From Chiloscyllium plagiosum (Eukaryota): DNA of 64,000 bases. Below, piece after piece: positions 12,763-25,822 of the stretch (positions are counted from its first letter, which is position 1; the number at the start of each line of letters is the position of its first letter). A program made the position numbers and the translations under genes. The notes below the pieces were generated by a model. It had not been told where the DNA came from. It saw only the letters and a list, made by a program, of their open reading frames with translations, and did no database searches. The DNA lies in assembly GCF_004010195.1 (NCBI RefSeq), contig NC_057750.1:19348222-19412221 (forward strand), read 5' to 3'.

Positions 12763-14406
12763 CTGGGTCAATTTTGGAGATGTGGCAATGGATGCAGACA
12801 AATGTCCTCAGGATATTAAATGGCTGCTTCTTCGGGGGAAGCATACAAAGAGATTAACCCTCCCGAGGAAAATCACGGTTTCCCCCGAAAATGACAAAAC
12901 AAAGCTTTAGATTGCCGACCACAAGCGTCGACAGTCAGCTGCAATTTGCAAGGAGACTCTGATTTCTCAGATAAAACCACATCACTTCAATGTAATAGGA
13001 GCAGGCTGTTGAGGGGTTTCTCTAGACTGTGGTGGAAATTTATATCTCGATGCTCTGCTACGTCTCCCTCTCATCTGTCGTTGACAGTTTGTCCAGCGTG
13101 GGATGTATCAGTGCTGTGAATCCCTGCCAGCGTCCCTTCCCTTCACACCTCGATTGTTGCATTTCTCGCTATGTGAGCTGTGTTTTGTTTTCTTGCTACG
13201 CTTTGGCCTTCACTCTCTGTAGCTCTGCTGTACCAATGTGGGCTCGGTCTGTTAGATGTCGCGACATATGTGTGCACCTCACACAAGCATCCTCACTAGC
13301 TTTAAAATCCCAGCATGAGCAGCATTTGACTCAGCCAACATGCAATTAATAATAAAAGAAACCTTGCTTGAAACCCTTCATAATGGAATCTTTTGCGAAA
13401 ATGTTGTAAGAAAGTTACAAGCTGTGGCTGCATTATGTTAAAGATCGCTGTGGTCAGGAATATTGAAATAGACCTGTCGGAGCCAGGGTCAGAACTGATG
13501 GAACTGTGGGTTGTCACAAACGCTGACGGGTCAATGCATTTTAATTAATGCTGACTAGTACCTAATGACAACATAAGGGGAATCATCTTTGGCAGTACAA
13601 ACTTAATGGGCTAAAAGGCCTCTTCTGTGTTGTGTGATTCTACGATGTCTTGATTTAATAAAGGAATACTGACACCAGGTAGGAGGCAGGACACAGGGAC
13701 GAAGTGAAATGTTCATTCTGAGAGTGAATGCAAACAGAATGGCTTAAATGAACTCTGTCTGCAATTCTGCGATCGTTATCCACAGCTACCTGCTCCACCC
13801 ACCAGAAATATTGGGCATGCATAACAATAAATTTGAGTTTGACATGATTTCTCCTGCGGGTGAATGATCTTCAGGAACATTTATGATGAAGGCTTATGAG
13901 TACAGCATCACCTCTGGTGGAGTTTGGAGTTGGAGGTGGGTGAATGCCAGTCTCTGCCAAAGACACTTGAATGTCTAATCAACACATGACAATGGCCCGG
14001 GGTTCTGCATTGTTAGAGTCAAGGTATTTCAAGAAAGCGCTGTCTGCCCATTGAGAATACCATAATAGATCCCCAGACGCCGTGCTATTCTGGAAGAGGT
14101 AGTACCCTGGCTGATATTTATCCTACAGCAAGCTGGATCAAGTTACATTGTCATTTAATATCGCTGTCTGTTACAGGACTCCTTGCCATCCCCCACGCGA
14201 AAAATAAGCCTTTGGACATTAAAAGGGAGGGGCTCAATAAAAATGTGCCTTTCTCAGTTCTGTAATAACTGAATTGGTTACCAGGAAAGTCCTGGAACTA
14301 CCTAAAAATGTCTAACATTCACCTATACAGTCTTAATCTCCACATTTCTGACATGGAAGTAGAATTCCGAAATTTGTATTTTTCATTCTTTGTGAAATGA
14401 CTGAGT

Positions 14407-14680
14407 AGGTGGCATGGTAGCTCAGTAGTTAGCACAGCACTAGGGACCCGGGTTTGATTCCAGTGTTGGGTGACTGGCTGTGTGGAGTTTGGACATTCTC
14501 TCCGTGTCTGCGTGGATTTCCCCAGGGTGCTCCAGTCTCTTCCCACTGTCCAAAGATGTGCAGGTTAGGTGGATTGGCCATGGGAAATGCAGGCTTAGGA
14601 TAGGAAGGTGAGTCTGGGTGGTATACTCCTTGCAGGATTGGTGCAGGCTCAATGGGCCAAATGGCCTTTTCCTGTAAGGT
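14407..14680 (+). mobile_element. diverged HE1-type SINE
   Basis: Similar to 4118-4449. Confidence 0.8.
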
Positions 14681-14689
14681 TTCTAGGAT

Positions 14690-15560
14690 AACGCATGGAA
14701 CAGCACAGCACCGGATTAGGGCTTTGGCCCACCATGTCTATGGCACCATAATGCCATTCTAAATTAATCCCATTTACCTGGTCCATATCCCTCTATTAAC
14801 TGCCTGTTCATGTGTTTGTCCAAATTCCTCTTAAACTTTGCAATTGTATATGCAATTGTCAGTGTGTTCCAGACACCTAATATCCTCTGTCCAAAAAATA
14901 ACTTGCCTCACACATCTCCTTTAAACTTTTCTCCCCTCACCTTAAACATATGCCCCCCAGTATTTGAAATTTCCACCGTGGGAAAAGTACTCTAATTATC
15001 CACCCTTTCCATGCCTTTCATGATTTTCTGTAATTCTATCAGGTTCCCCCCCTCAGCCTCCGACACTCTAGCGAAAACAGTCCAAGTTTTGTCCAAACTC
15101 TCCTTATAGCTAATCCGATCCAGGCAACATCCTTGTAAACCTCTTCTGCACCGTCTCCAAAGCCTCCACATCTTTCCTATAATGTGGCGACCAGAACTGC
15201 ACACAGTACTCGAAATGTGGCCTCACTAAAGTCTCATTCAGCTGCAATATGTCTTGCCAATTTTTATGCTCAATCCCCAACCAATGAAGGCAAGCATGCT
15301 GTTCTTTATCACTTCATCGACGTGTTGCTACTTTTCGAGAACTATGGACTTGCACCCCAAAGTCTCTCCAGATAAATTAATTTTCCTAAGGGTCTAGCCA
15401 AGAGACTTTCCTCTTGCATTTGATCTTGCAAGATGCATCACCTCACAATTGTCTGGATTAAACTCCATCTGCCTTTTCTATCCTCCCAACTTTCCACCTA
15501 TCGTGTCGTTTGACTATTTCCTCAGTGTCCGCAATCCCCTGACAGGCCTACATTTATTGT
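14690..15560 (-). mobile_element. CR1/HER1 LINE 3' fragment
   Basis: Reverse complement of the CR1 ORF2 C-terminal region. Confidence 0.8.
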
Positions 15561-15639
15561 CTGTTCGAATTGCCCATTCACCTTTCTGTTAGGGAGGGAG
15601 TTCCAGCATTTTGCCCCAGCCTGACATTGAAGGAGGATG

Positions 15640-16190
15640 GATGACAGAGGGTGGTGGGGAGAATGGGGGGTATGAGGAGCGGGGACAGGGTGGTGAGGAG
15701 AATTTTTTTTTAAAGATTAGATTACTTACAGTGTGGAAACAGGCCCTTCGGCCCAACAAGTCCACACCGACCTGCTGAAGCGTAACCCACCCATTCCCGT
15801 ACATTTACCCCTTTACCTAACACTACGGGCAATTTAGCATGGCCAATTCACCTGATGTGCACATCTTTGGACTGTGGGAGGAAACCGGAGCACCCGGAGG
15901 AAACCCACGCAGACACGGGGAGAATGTGCAAACTCCNNNNNNNNNNNNNNNNNNNNNAGGGATGAATGGAGGCATTAGGTGCGGGGACAGGGTGGAGAGG
16001 AGAATGGGGGCATTAGGAGCGGGGACAGGATGGAGGGGTGAATGGGGGCATTAGGTGTGGGGACAGGGTGGAGGGATGAATGGGGGCATTAGGATCGGGG
16101 ACAAGGTGGTGGAGAGAATGGGGGCATTATGAGTGGGGGCAGGGTGGTGAGGTGAATGGAGGCATTAGGAGTGGGGACAGGGTCGTGGCT
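15640..16190. repeat. G-rich minisatellite of about 35 bp (ggggacagggtggag..gaatgggggcattagg), interrupted by a SINE and a 21-N gap
   Basis: Repeat units are present on both sides of 15714-15957. Confidence 0.8.
15714..15936 (-). mobile_element. HE1-type SINE, truncated by the gap
   Basis: Reverse complement of the HE1 body and tail. Confidence 0.85.
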
Positions 16191-17519
16191 CTGAGTTGAA
16201 GCTGCTGTTTCTGATGATGGATCCCTCCATGATACAGTGAATGTTTTGACCAAAGAACCTGAACCCAACCCCTACATTCCAACCCCCAATACACATGCTT
16301 CAAGCTTCCTGACTGAACTGCCATTAAAAGCCCTCAACATAGTCAGGTCTGAATCCCAAAGTCTGTCTGTCACTTAGAAGGCTCAAGTCAGAAATGTGAT
16401 GGAATGCTCATTACTTGCCTGGATGACTGCAGCTCCAACAATACTCAAGAAGCTTGATACAAGATAAAGCGTGCTTGATTGCCGCCAACTTAAATATTTA
16501 TTCCCTCTTCTCTGCCAAACCTGTGACAGCTGAGTGTGCAATCTATATGATGTGCTGTAAGAACTCACCAAAAGCTCCGTTAACAGCTCCTTTGAAAGTT
16601 GCAACCTCTGCCCTCGAAAAGGACAGGGGAAACACTGCCACCTGCAAGTTCCTCTCTGAACCACTGCTTCCCCCTCATCTGCTTCTTGATTACTCAGAGT
16701 CATCAGTTCCATTTGAATGCAATTCTCATCTCCTAGTTTTCCTGTATTTATTGTTTTACACCTGACTTGAAGGAAGAAACATGGCCAGTCTTTACCTGGA
16801 GTGAAATTATTCACAGAGTGATACCTCAATACCTATCTCCTATCCAGTGTACTTCCTTCTCCTTTGAATAAACCAAAAGCTAAATAAATATTTAACTGTA
16901 GGCGATTGGTTGGCTCAGTTGGCTGGATGGCTGATTTCCAAAGCAACGTAACACAAAACAGCACTGGCTCAGTTCCACACCAGCTGAAGTCATCATGACC
17001 CGCGTCCTGAAACCCACCCCTCACCTGAGGCATGGTGACCCTCAGGTTAAACAACCATCAGCCATCGCTCTTTATTGAGAAAGCAGTGCTCTGGGACTAT
17101 GGTGACCTTACTATGTCACTGACAAACAACCTTTAAAGGAACACTGTCTAAAACATCCAATGGCAGCTCGTCAAAATGAAATAAAAAGTAATTTTTGGCA
17201 CTGTTGGTGCATTTCAGCGACTGTGACACTCACTGGGCCTTCAGAACTTGATGGATGCTACATAATGTTACAGGAGAATATAGATGGGCTGATTAATGGC
17301 CAATGGAACTCAATCAGATAAATGTAATATGATGCAGTTGGGCAGGACAAACAAGGCAAGTGCCAAAGATCAGTGGGACCTTGATGTGCATTTAGCAGTC
17401 CCTGTAAAATATGAGGACCGCATTCCAACTCCATTTTGATTTGTTCCCTCACCCCCTCTTCCTACTTCTCTCTCACCTTGATACTGAGGAGTGTGGTCTC
17501 AAGCTACAGTCTGGTATTG

Positions 17520-19210
17520 ATCAGCCGGAAGATTGGGCAGAGCAATGGGCAGACGGAATTTTATCCTGCATTTTGGAGGTTGAATAAGAGAAGGATATAC
17601 ACAATGAATGGTGGGTTCTTCGGAAATATTGAGGAAAAAGGGTACCCTGGTGTTCAAGTGCGTAGATCCTTGAAAGCATCAGCACACATGGACAGGGTGG
17701 TGAAGAAGTCAGAAGTAATGCTTGCCTTCATTAGTGTCGGTGTAGAATATAGGAATGAGGCTTTTTTTGTTATAACATGAAGGTCGAACCCCTCTGTTAA
17801 TATAACCAAACTCCCAGAAAAGCTCACCTCACCTCGTAATCTGTTAAAAGTGTGTGGGAGTGACAGAGAACTCCTCACTTCAACTACTTACAGAAAAATA
17901 ACAATGTTTCTACCTAACTCCAATAGTGAGCACTAAACAAAAACTATTCACAATCCTAAGCCCCCTTTTCTTAACTACTTACTTTCTGACCCCAACGTAT
18001 AAAAATGCTGTTCCAATAACACAATTATTAAACATCACATTAACTTAATCTCAAAACTACACAGTCTTTGTCGTCTCCATTGTCTTCAGTCTTCCAGCTG
18101 CTGATCTCCCTGGGTCGACTTCTTTCTGTTTTACTGCGAGTATGTTTTACATGAAAAGGTACCTTTGACAGCGAGTGTTTTCTAATTTCTTTGAGAGCAG
18201 GATGTTAGATGGGCAGTTAGTTTTCTGGCTCGACAGCAATTTCTCTGTGACCAATTTTCAAAATGCCCTCGTTTTTTATGTCCTCCAACATCATACCATC
18301 TCATTGGTCAGATGTCAAAACAATAAATTCAAACTCGATTGGGTTTTATCCTGGGCATAATTTAAACTAATTGGTTAAATTCAAATCATTGTCAAAACAG
18401 CAGCCAAAACTCAGGTATCCATTTCACAGCCATTTGCTGCAGCTATCTATTTTGGAACAGCTCATCTCCCAGCCTTTCCATTTGGGCAGCTGAGCCTGCA
18501 TTTTAAGGTTATTTCAAAATTCAGAAAATACTTTCTATTTTAAAGTGAACATATACGCTTTCGACTTCGTGGCATTTATCAAACATGTTGCTTCAGCCAC
18601 ATTATCGGAAAGATGTGATTGCTGGAAAGGGTGCAGATGAGATTCACCTGGATGTTGCCTGGGATGGAAAATTTCAGTTATGAGGAGAGATTGAGTTTAT
18701 TTTTTTGGAGCAGAAGTGGCTGAGGGCAGATCTGATTGAAGTACACAAAATTATAAGAAGCATAGACAGAGGACATCATGAGGATCTTTTTCTATGGCAG
18801 ACATTCTAAGACCAGAAGGCATAGCTTTAAGGCAAGGTTGAGAAGATCCGAGAAAAGAAAATTCACCCAGATTCTGAAAGAAATATGGAATACGGTGTCT
18901 GAGAGGTGTGATGGAGGCAGGTACGCCCACAACATCAACAAAGCATCTTAATGCCAGGGCATTACTGCATTTAATGTTTGTTTAGATCAGAGTGGTGATG
19001 GAAAAGCACAGCAAGTCAGGCAGCATCCGAGGAGCAGGAAAATCGACGTTTCGGGCAAAAGCCGGAATACTGCATCAGGAAAACTGCACTTAATACCAGG
19101 GCATCACAGTCCGTGGACCAAGTGCAGGTAAATGGGATTAATGGAGTTGGGGTGTTTGTTGGTTGGCACATTCATGGCGAGCTGAAAGTGCTGTTTCTGT
19201 GCTGATTCGA
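17520..19210 (+). mobile_element. CR1/HER1 LINE fragment interrupted by a solo LTR and by a PLE fragment at about 18985-19075
   Basis: CR1 sequence (MDRVVKK..MLAFIS.GVEYR) resumes after 18574. Confidence 0.75.
17768..18574 (-). mobile_element. solo LTR
   Basis: TG...CA termini, cleanly interrupts a CR1 copy, and 18300-18400 resembles the reverse complement of 24500-24590. Confidence 0.65.
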
Positions 19211-19899
19211 TGACAAGTAGAGGTTTCTATTGAAAAACTATGAAGCACAAAGCCTGAAGTTATTTGCTTGACTAGGTCAATGGACAATGCATTGATACAA
19301 AATGTAGTCAAAACGATGAATGGAATGTTAGCCTGTATCTGAAGGAGGCTTCAACAGAAAGTCTGGAAGTGAAAATTCATTTGTTCATAAGCAGGGTTAG
19401 ATCAGGAGTCACTTATTCTGGTTTGGGTACTATATTTCAGGAAGGACATCAATGAGGTGGGGGGGGGAGAAATGACAGTAGAGTTATCAGAATATTACGG
19501 AGTTTAAACAGTTAAATGGTGAGCTAATTACTGTGTTGCTGTGTTGAAATTTGAGTGGCTATCTGACTGGTTAAAATTATAGAAGAATTTTACAGGATGA
19601 GAAATGGAGAAGCTAATTCATCTGGTTCTGGGCTCCAGATTGAGAAAAAGCTTGCATTTCTCTAGCACCTTTCAAGACCAGCGGACCTCTCAAAGTGCTT
19701 TACAACCCATGAAATACTTTTGAAGTGTAATTGTTGCTGTCATATAGGAGACGCAAGACGCACAAAACAAGCTCCCGCCCAAAAACAGTGTGAGCAGATA
19801 GTCTGTTTAGTTTTAGCATTATTAATGTCGTGGGATTGCTTCTATCCAACAAGGTCTCTAATATTTTACTCAAAATATTCCAGCTGGTATGTGGAAATG

Positions 19900-20410
19900 T
19901 CGTGGAGGCAGGTTATAGGAAGGATGTTATAAAATTGGAGAGGGTTCAGAAAAGATTCATCAGGATATTGTTGGGAACGGAGTGTTTGAGTTATAAAAAT
20001 AGACTGAATAAGCTGGGACTTTATTCACTGGAGTGCAGGAGGTTGAGGGATGACCTTCTGCAGATTTATAAAATCATGAGGGGCGTAGATAAGGTGAATA
20101 GCAAGGGTCTTTTTCCTAGGGGTGGGGATGTTCAAAACCAGGGATTATATTTTTAAGGTGAGGAAGTTTTAAAAAGGATACGAGGGACAGGTTTTTCACA
20201 CAGAGTGTGGTTCATGTGTGGATTGAACTTCCATAGGAAGTGGTGGATGCAGGTACAATTGGAATATTTAAAAGACATTTGGATAAGTGCATGAATAGGA
20301 AAGATTTGGAGGGATATGGGCCAAATGCAGGCAGGTGGGAGTAGTTTTTTGCTTAGAAATATGGTCAGTGTGGATCAGCTGGATGGAAGGGTCTGTTTCC
20401 ATGCTGAGGG
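19900..20410 (+). mobile_element. CR1/HER1 LINE 3' end
   Basis: Reads YRKDVIKLERVQKRF...LNKLGLYSLECRRLRDDL. Confidence 0.85.
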
Positions 20411-21574
20411 ATTCAAGAGGGCATTGGATAATTCTTTAGACTAGGAATGGTGTGCAGTGATATGGGGAAGAGCCAGGAGATTGGTAATTAGAGCTGGTGC
20501 AACAGTGATGATTTAATTGGCCTTCTTTTGTGCTGTAATGGTTCTGTGACATATTGATCTGAAAGATAGCCCCTCTGTCAGTGTACAGCAGTCCACAACA
20601 TACCACACAAGAGTGCCAGCCTTTAATCTTTTTTACAGCAGGATTTGAACCCCATTTTTTAAACAAATGATTGCACTACCATGTGTGCCACAGTAGGCTG
20701 AGACAGAAATTGCAAAATCTATTAAATTAGAGACACACCATCACAGAGTGAGGTGAGAAGGGCTCTTTCCTTGTAGAAAGAAATTTTTAAAACCTGGAAT
20801 TCTCTTTGCTAATGGCTGATGATGCCGGAACAATTGACATTTTCTGCGCTACAGTTGATAAGATTTGTTTATTGAGGTATGAGATTTGGGTCAGTGACAG
20901 GGGTCACTGGAGGGGTGTAGAAATGAGCCATAACCTGACTGAATGATGGAACAATCTGAAGGGGTTGAATGGATGAGCTCTGCTCTCTGTCAATTAAGGG
21001 ACAATTCATCACAGACAGTTTGTGAAACCCTTCATGAGTGATGCACCTTTTATTGTTGCCGTGACTTGGGTTTGGTTGTTTTCAAACTTTCATCGAGGAG
21101 ATTTGTCTGCTGCTATGCTTCCAGTACATGATGTAATGGCATATTTCTCACCAGATGTGTTGCTTTGGTCTGATAATATGACCCACATGCAAGTCCAGGC
21201 TGTTTCTCATTCTGATGTACTGATATTTGTCCACGCGGTGTATGATGTTATCATTTCCAGTGGCTGTGTACAAGTGGAACAGCAGCAACTTCCCTGGGCC
21301 CTTTCCCAGGCCCACAGACTCCTCCAACTAAATGGATGATGTACAGGAGGCACAGAAAGTCTGAGTGTCCAGAGAGAGGCCATTCAGCAAATTGTGTCAG
21401 TGCTGGTTCTCTGCAAATGGTTTTCACATTCCCAGTTTTCCACTTTTGCCCCTGGGCCTGCCATATTGTTTTCTTTTCATACAATTGTCCAAATCCCGTG
21501 TGAAAACTACAAACAAATCTGCCTCCAGCACTTTCTCAGCAGATCCTCGCCACTTGCTCATGGGAGAACAACAG

Positions 21575-22010
21575 GGTGGTGTAGTGGTAATGACACTGGA
21601 TCAGTAATCAGCTAATGTTCAGATGACATGGGTCCAAATTACAAAGAAATGGAATAAATCTAAAAGCTCGGTTAATGGTGACTGTGTAAACACTGGTGAT
21701 TGTCAATAGAAACCCATCTTTGGGAGGAGATGGCCTCTTGGTAACATTGTTGGACTATTAACCTAGAGACCTAGGTAATGTTCTGGGTCTACTTAAGAAT
21801 CTAATCCATCCTGTTCATGTGGTGATGAAAGCAGTAAAAGCCAATAAGATTCATTTATCCCTTTCAGGGGAGGAAATCTGTTGCCTTTACTACATGTGAC
21901 ACTAGACGCACAGCAATGTGATTGATCTTTAATGGCCGTCTGGGAAATTAGAGACTGACAATAAATGGGGGCCTAGCCAGTGATGTCCACATCCCATAAA
22001 CAAATATTAA
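21575..22010 (+). mobile_element. two adjacent or nested copies of the second SINE family
   Basis: Similar to 11830-12150. Confidence 0.65.
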
Positions 22011-22354
22011 GAGAAAGCACTTCAAAATCACATGGCATCCCAAAGGAGATGTACAATAGCCTTCCTTTACTGTCCTTGGAACTCATACTTGGTACTTCTT
22101 CCTTCCCTCAACATCTTTAGCTTAAAGACACTGCTAGTTCAAGATGGAGTCCTAGCAGCACCTTCTCTAGGGCAGCTGAAGATGGCTAAAATGCCTGTTG
22201 GGATATCACTTTAAGAGGTGGGCATGCTCATGAGCCAATATCAGGACATGGACAATGTGACCAGTGCCCAGTTAAGGTTACACCTTGCGATAGGTTTAGA
22301 GTGAGGTAAATTTATGTTTCTCCATAGCTGCAAGTACTGAGCTTCTGTCAGAAT

Positions 22355-22960
22355 ATAGAACTGTAAAATACAGCAATGGGCCCTTCAGCCTAAGATGTTG
22401 TGCCAAACATGACACCAAATTAAACTAATCCCTTCTGTCTGCCCTTGGTCCATATTCCTCCATTCCTTGCATATATATGTGCTTATCCCTTAAATACCCC
22501 TATCGTATCTGCCTACAGCACCACCCCTGGCAGTGCGTTCCAGACTCCTACCACGCGCTGTGTAAAAAAAACTGCCTCTCACATCTCCTTTGAACTTTCC
22601 CCTCTCACCTTAAATGCATGCCCCCTAGTGTTACACATTTCAACTCTGGGAAAAAGATTCTGACTATCAACTCTATCTATGCATCTCATGATTTTACAGA
22701 TTTCGATCAAGTCTCCCCTCAGCCTCTATTGCTCCAGAGAAAACAGCTTGAGTTCTTCTAGCCCCTCCTTATAGCTCATGCCCTCTAATCCAGGCAGCAT
22801 CCTGGTAAACCTCTTCTGCACCCTCTTCAAAGCCTCCATATCCTTCCTGTAATGTGAGGACCAGAATTGAAGCTAAATACTCTCAGTGTGGCCAAACCCA
22901 AGTCTCATAAAGTTGCAATGTAACTTCCTAACCCTTGTAACCAATCTGACTGATGAACAA
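22355..22960 (-). mobile_element. CR1/HER1 LINE 3' end
   Basis: Reverse complement of the CR1 C-terminal region and tail. Confidence 0.85.
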
Positions 22961-23101
22961 ACCTATCTTAAAATAAACTTGAAATGATGTTGTGCACCAT
23001 TTATGTGTCTGATTTGTAACTTTTGCTCAGAAAAGAATGCGATAATGTCCAGTTCTTGAGAATTAATAACAAAAACGCTCCTGTTTATTTTTCTCATGCA
23101 G

Positions 23102-23297
23102 ATGTGCCCTTCCTGCAGGATCCCGAGAGTATCGTATCCTTCCAGGGAAAGGAAGTAAAGTTACGCTGCTCAATTCGGGTGATGGGGGAGCTTCCCGAAA
23201 TAAATTGGCAACGAGATGGGGCTCTGTACCAGGGGGATGTCAACCAAGTTCTGGTGCCAATGAGTGATGATGAATGGCTGGCCATCAGTGAATTAAG
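23102..23297 (+). CDS. AXL: AXL-like TAM receptor tyrosine kinase, internal exon (Ig1 N-terminal part; equivalent to human exon 2)
   Basis: Acceptor ttttctcatgcag and donor AG|gtaatt; 196 nt, phase 1 to 2. Encodes VPFLQDPESIVSFQGKEVKLRCSIRVMGELPEINWQRDGALYQGDVNQVLVPMSDDEWLAISEL, which resembles human AXL Ig1 ([20 protein letters not shown]...QVPLGEDEQDDWIVVSQL). An alternative acceptor near 23118 is not excluded. Confidence 0.88.
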
Positions 23298-23414
23298 GTA
23301 ATTGCAGCCCACGAGTGTGAAATAGAACAGTGCCCAATGTTCATTATCTGATTTAAATGGTGGTTTGCCATATCCTGATATGGTTAGGCCAATTTGGAAC
23401 TGTTGGTGCAACTT

Positions 23415-23865
23415 CCCTTGGTTTTGAGTTACAGGGAGAGGCTGAATAGGTTGGGCCTATTTTCCCTGGAGCGTCGGGAGCTATGGAGTGACCTTATAGA
23501 GGTTTATAAAATCATGAGGGGCATGGGAAGGGTCAATAGACAAAATCTTTTCCCTAGAGTGAGAGAATCCAGAATGAGAGGGCGTAGGTTTAGGGTGAGA
23601 AGGGAAAAGTTTAAAAGGGACCTAAGGGGCAACATATTCTTGCAGAGGGTGGTGCGTGAATGGAATGAGCTGCCAGAGGAAGTGGTGGAGGCTGGTACAT
23701 TTCAAAGGCATCTGGATGGGTACATGAATAGAAAGGGTTTACAGGGATATGGGCCAAATGCTGGCAAATGGGACTAGATTAATTTAGGATATCTAGTCAG
23801 CATGGAGGAGTGGGATGGAAGGGTCTGTTTCCATGCTGTACGTCTCCTTGACTCTATGACTCTAT
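23415..23865 (+). mobile_element. CR1/HER1 LINE 3' end
   Basis: Reads LSYRERLNRLGLFSLERR...VVREWNELPEEVVEAG, followed by a (ctatgact)n tail. Confidence 0.9.
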
Positions 23866-24373
23866 CCCATTTTAGATGTCACAAATGGTTAAAATGTGTG
23901 CACTCAGTAACAACACAAAATAACTTGCATTGATATAATACCTTCAACATGCAGAGATGCCTCCAGGTATTCTGGAAGAGCAGGTATACTGCAAGCCCAA
24001 GATTTAAATACTGGGAAATGATCACAAACTGAATTGTTTTGAGAAAGGCCTTAAAGATTGAGAGGGGGGTAGTGAGGTGCAAAGTGAGGAGCTGAGATAG
24101 CTGAAGTCACAGCCTCCAGTGGTAAAGTTGTTGCAAAGAATGGCTAAAAAGGCAGTGTCAGGAAAATTAAATGTTTGGGGTCTCTGAGACTGAGGGAGGG
24201 ATGGGGCAGTTGAAAGATCTAAATGTAGAAATTTGATTTTAAAGATTGTGGAGACTGGAACTGATATGGGTCCAGAAGGACAAGTACAAGGAATAATTGG
24301 AACATTGATTGATCTGGGATTTACTTATTGGAGGAGCTGAAATTTGTCAACATGCAAACGATGGCCAGGAGAG

Positions 24374-25068
24374 TGTTATGAATATGTAGAAGTGGACTGT
24401 ACCTTTAAGAGAGTGAAGGACTTGGCAAGCACACTGAATGCTGGAGACTTTACAATATAACATTTGGTTCAGAACAGATAGCACTGGCTGAGTTGCTATG
24501 AGACAAAAACAAATTCAAATTCGGCCAATCAGTTTAAATTAAAGCCCCAAAATACCAAATGCCTATCAAATTTGAATTGAGTATATTGACAATCTTTAAA
24601 GCCACTGACACAATCTGATGCTTTGGGGGTGTAAGGCTGGGGAACATTGAACAGTTGAGAGAACTGCCAAACTAGCAGCATGTAAAGACTGCCTGAAAAC
24701 TAGCTCTCTTAAAGGTATCTTTATCGATCTATAACATGTGAAGCAGAATCCCCAAGAAGAAGAACAGAAGACAAGAATACAGAGAAGAACCGAAAGCTGC
24801 CTGGTTTTCAGATAAGAAGTGTTTTGTTAATCTTAATCGGGAGTTTTATCTGACTAGTATTATAGAGGGGAAGGTAAAAGATAGGTTAGAAGAAGGAATT
24901 GTAAATAGTTGTTAGTTAATTATTCTCTGTTATACTTTAATAAATAAAGTTGTTAATTTTTACTTTAACTAGTTCTTGGCTATTGAATTTTCAGATTACT
25001 GCATGGGATAAATCTTTTCTGCGTTGCTGGGTTAAATTGAGCAGCAGGGCTTACCCTATGTCCTAACA
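24374..25068 (+). mobile_element. solo LTR (695 bp), Gypsy/ERV-like
   Basis: Inverted termini TGTTA...TAACA, exact 4-bp target duplication AGAG, and AATAAA near 24943. Confidence 0.85.
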
Positions 25069-25312
25069 AGAGTATTGAAGTGTTAAGTCTGGAGATAAAA
25101 ACCTGGAGTGAGTGTTCCTGCAGCAGAAATAGTGTTGAAGGTAGATAACAGAATAGTGTCAACCTTGAGCTTTTGATCAAATTGCTGAATTCACAAATTT
25201 AACAGTCAGAGGTGATTATTAGACCTCCTGACCCATGACTGTCACCTGACTCCAGCTCACTCGCTTACTTATTTTCTGCTTCCAACATTTAATATCCTGT
25301 CTTCGTTCATAG

Positions 25313-25413
25313 CATTCCCTCAATCCACCGAACAGATGCTGGGAGTTATCGGTGCATCACTTCAGTGAAAGGCAAAGAAATTATCTCCAAAGAAGCTCAG
25401 CTAGAAATTGAAG
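25313..25413 (+). CDS. AXL: AXL-like exon (Ig1 C-terminal part; equivalent to exon 3)
   Basis: Acceptor cttcgttcatag and donor G|gtgagt; 101 nt, phase 2 to 1. Encodes (S)IPSIHRTDAGSYRCITSVKGKEIISKEAQLEIE with the Ig DxGxYxC motif. Not in the ORF track. Confidence 0.9.
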
Positions 25414-25679
25414 GTGAGTCATTGATCCTTTTAAATGCTGAGTTGATGTTGGGACTATGAAAGCTGTGCAGTGTGTTAGGAAGCAAGTCAGTCCATCGCA
25501 ACTTCAAATCTGGACTGTAGTAAGTTGACTGACCTGGCCACATTGAGGAAGAGAGGAAAACTACCCTTAGTCTCTGTGTCTCCCGATGCAGTGCCTTCTG
25601 TTGGGAAGATGGCATTAAGGTCAGGCTGGAAGTGTTAGGGATATTGGATGTAATGGGCAATATATTCCAGATACTCATT

Positions 25680-25703
25680 CCTCTGTCTCCTTATTTGTCT
25701 CTT

Positions 25704-25738
<35 letters not shown>

Positions 25739-25822
25739 TTCTATCCTTCATTCTTTCTTTTTCTGTCTTTCTTTCTCTTTCATCCTGTTTCTTTATCTTT
25801 CTCTACCTCTTTCTACCTCCCT
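25680..25822. repeat. CT-rich microsatellite / low complexity
   Basis: (ct)n and cttt runs. Confidence 0.9.
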
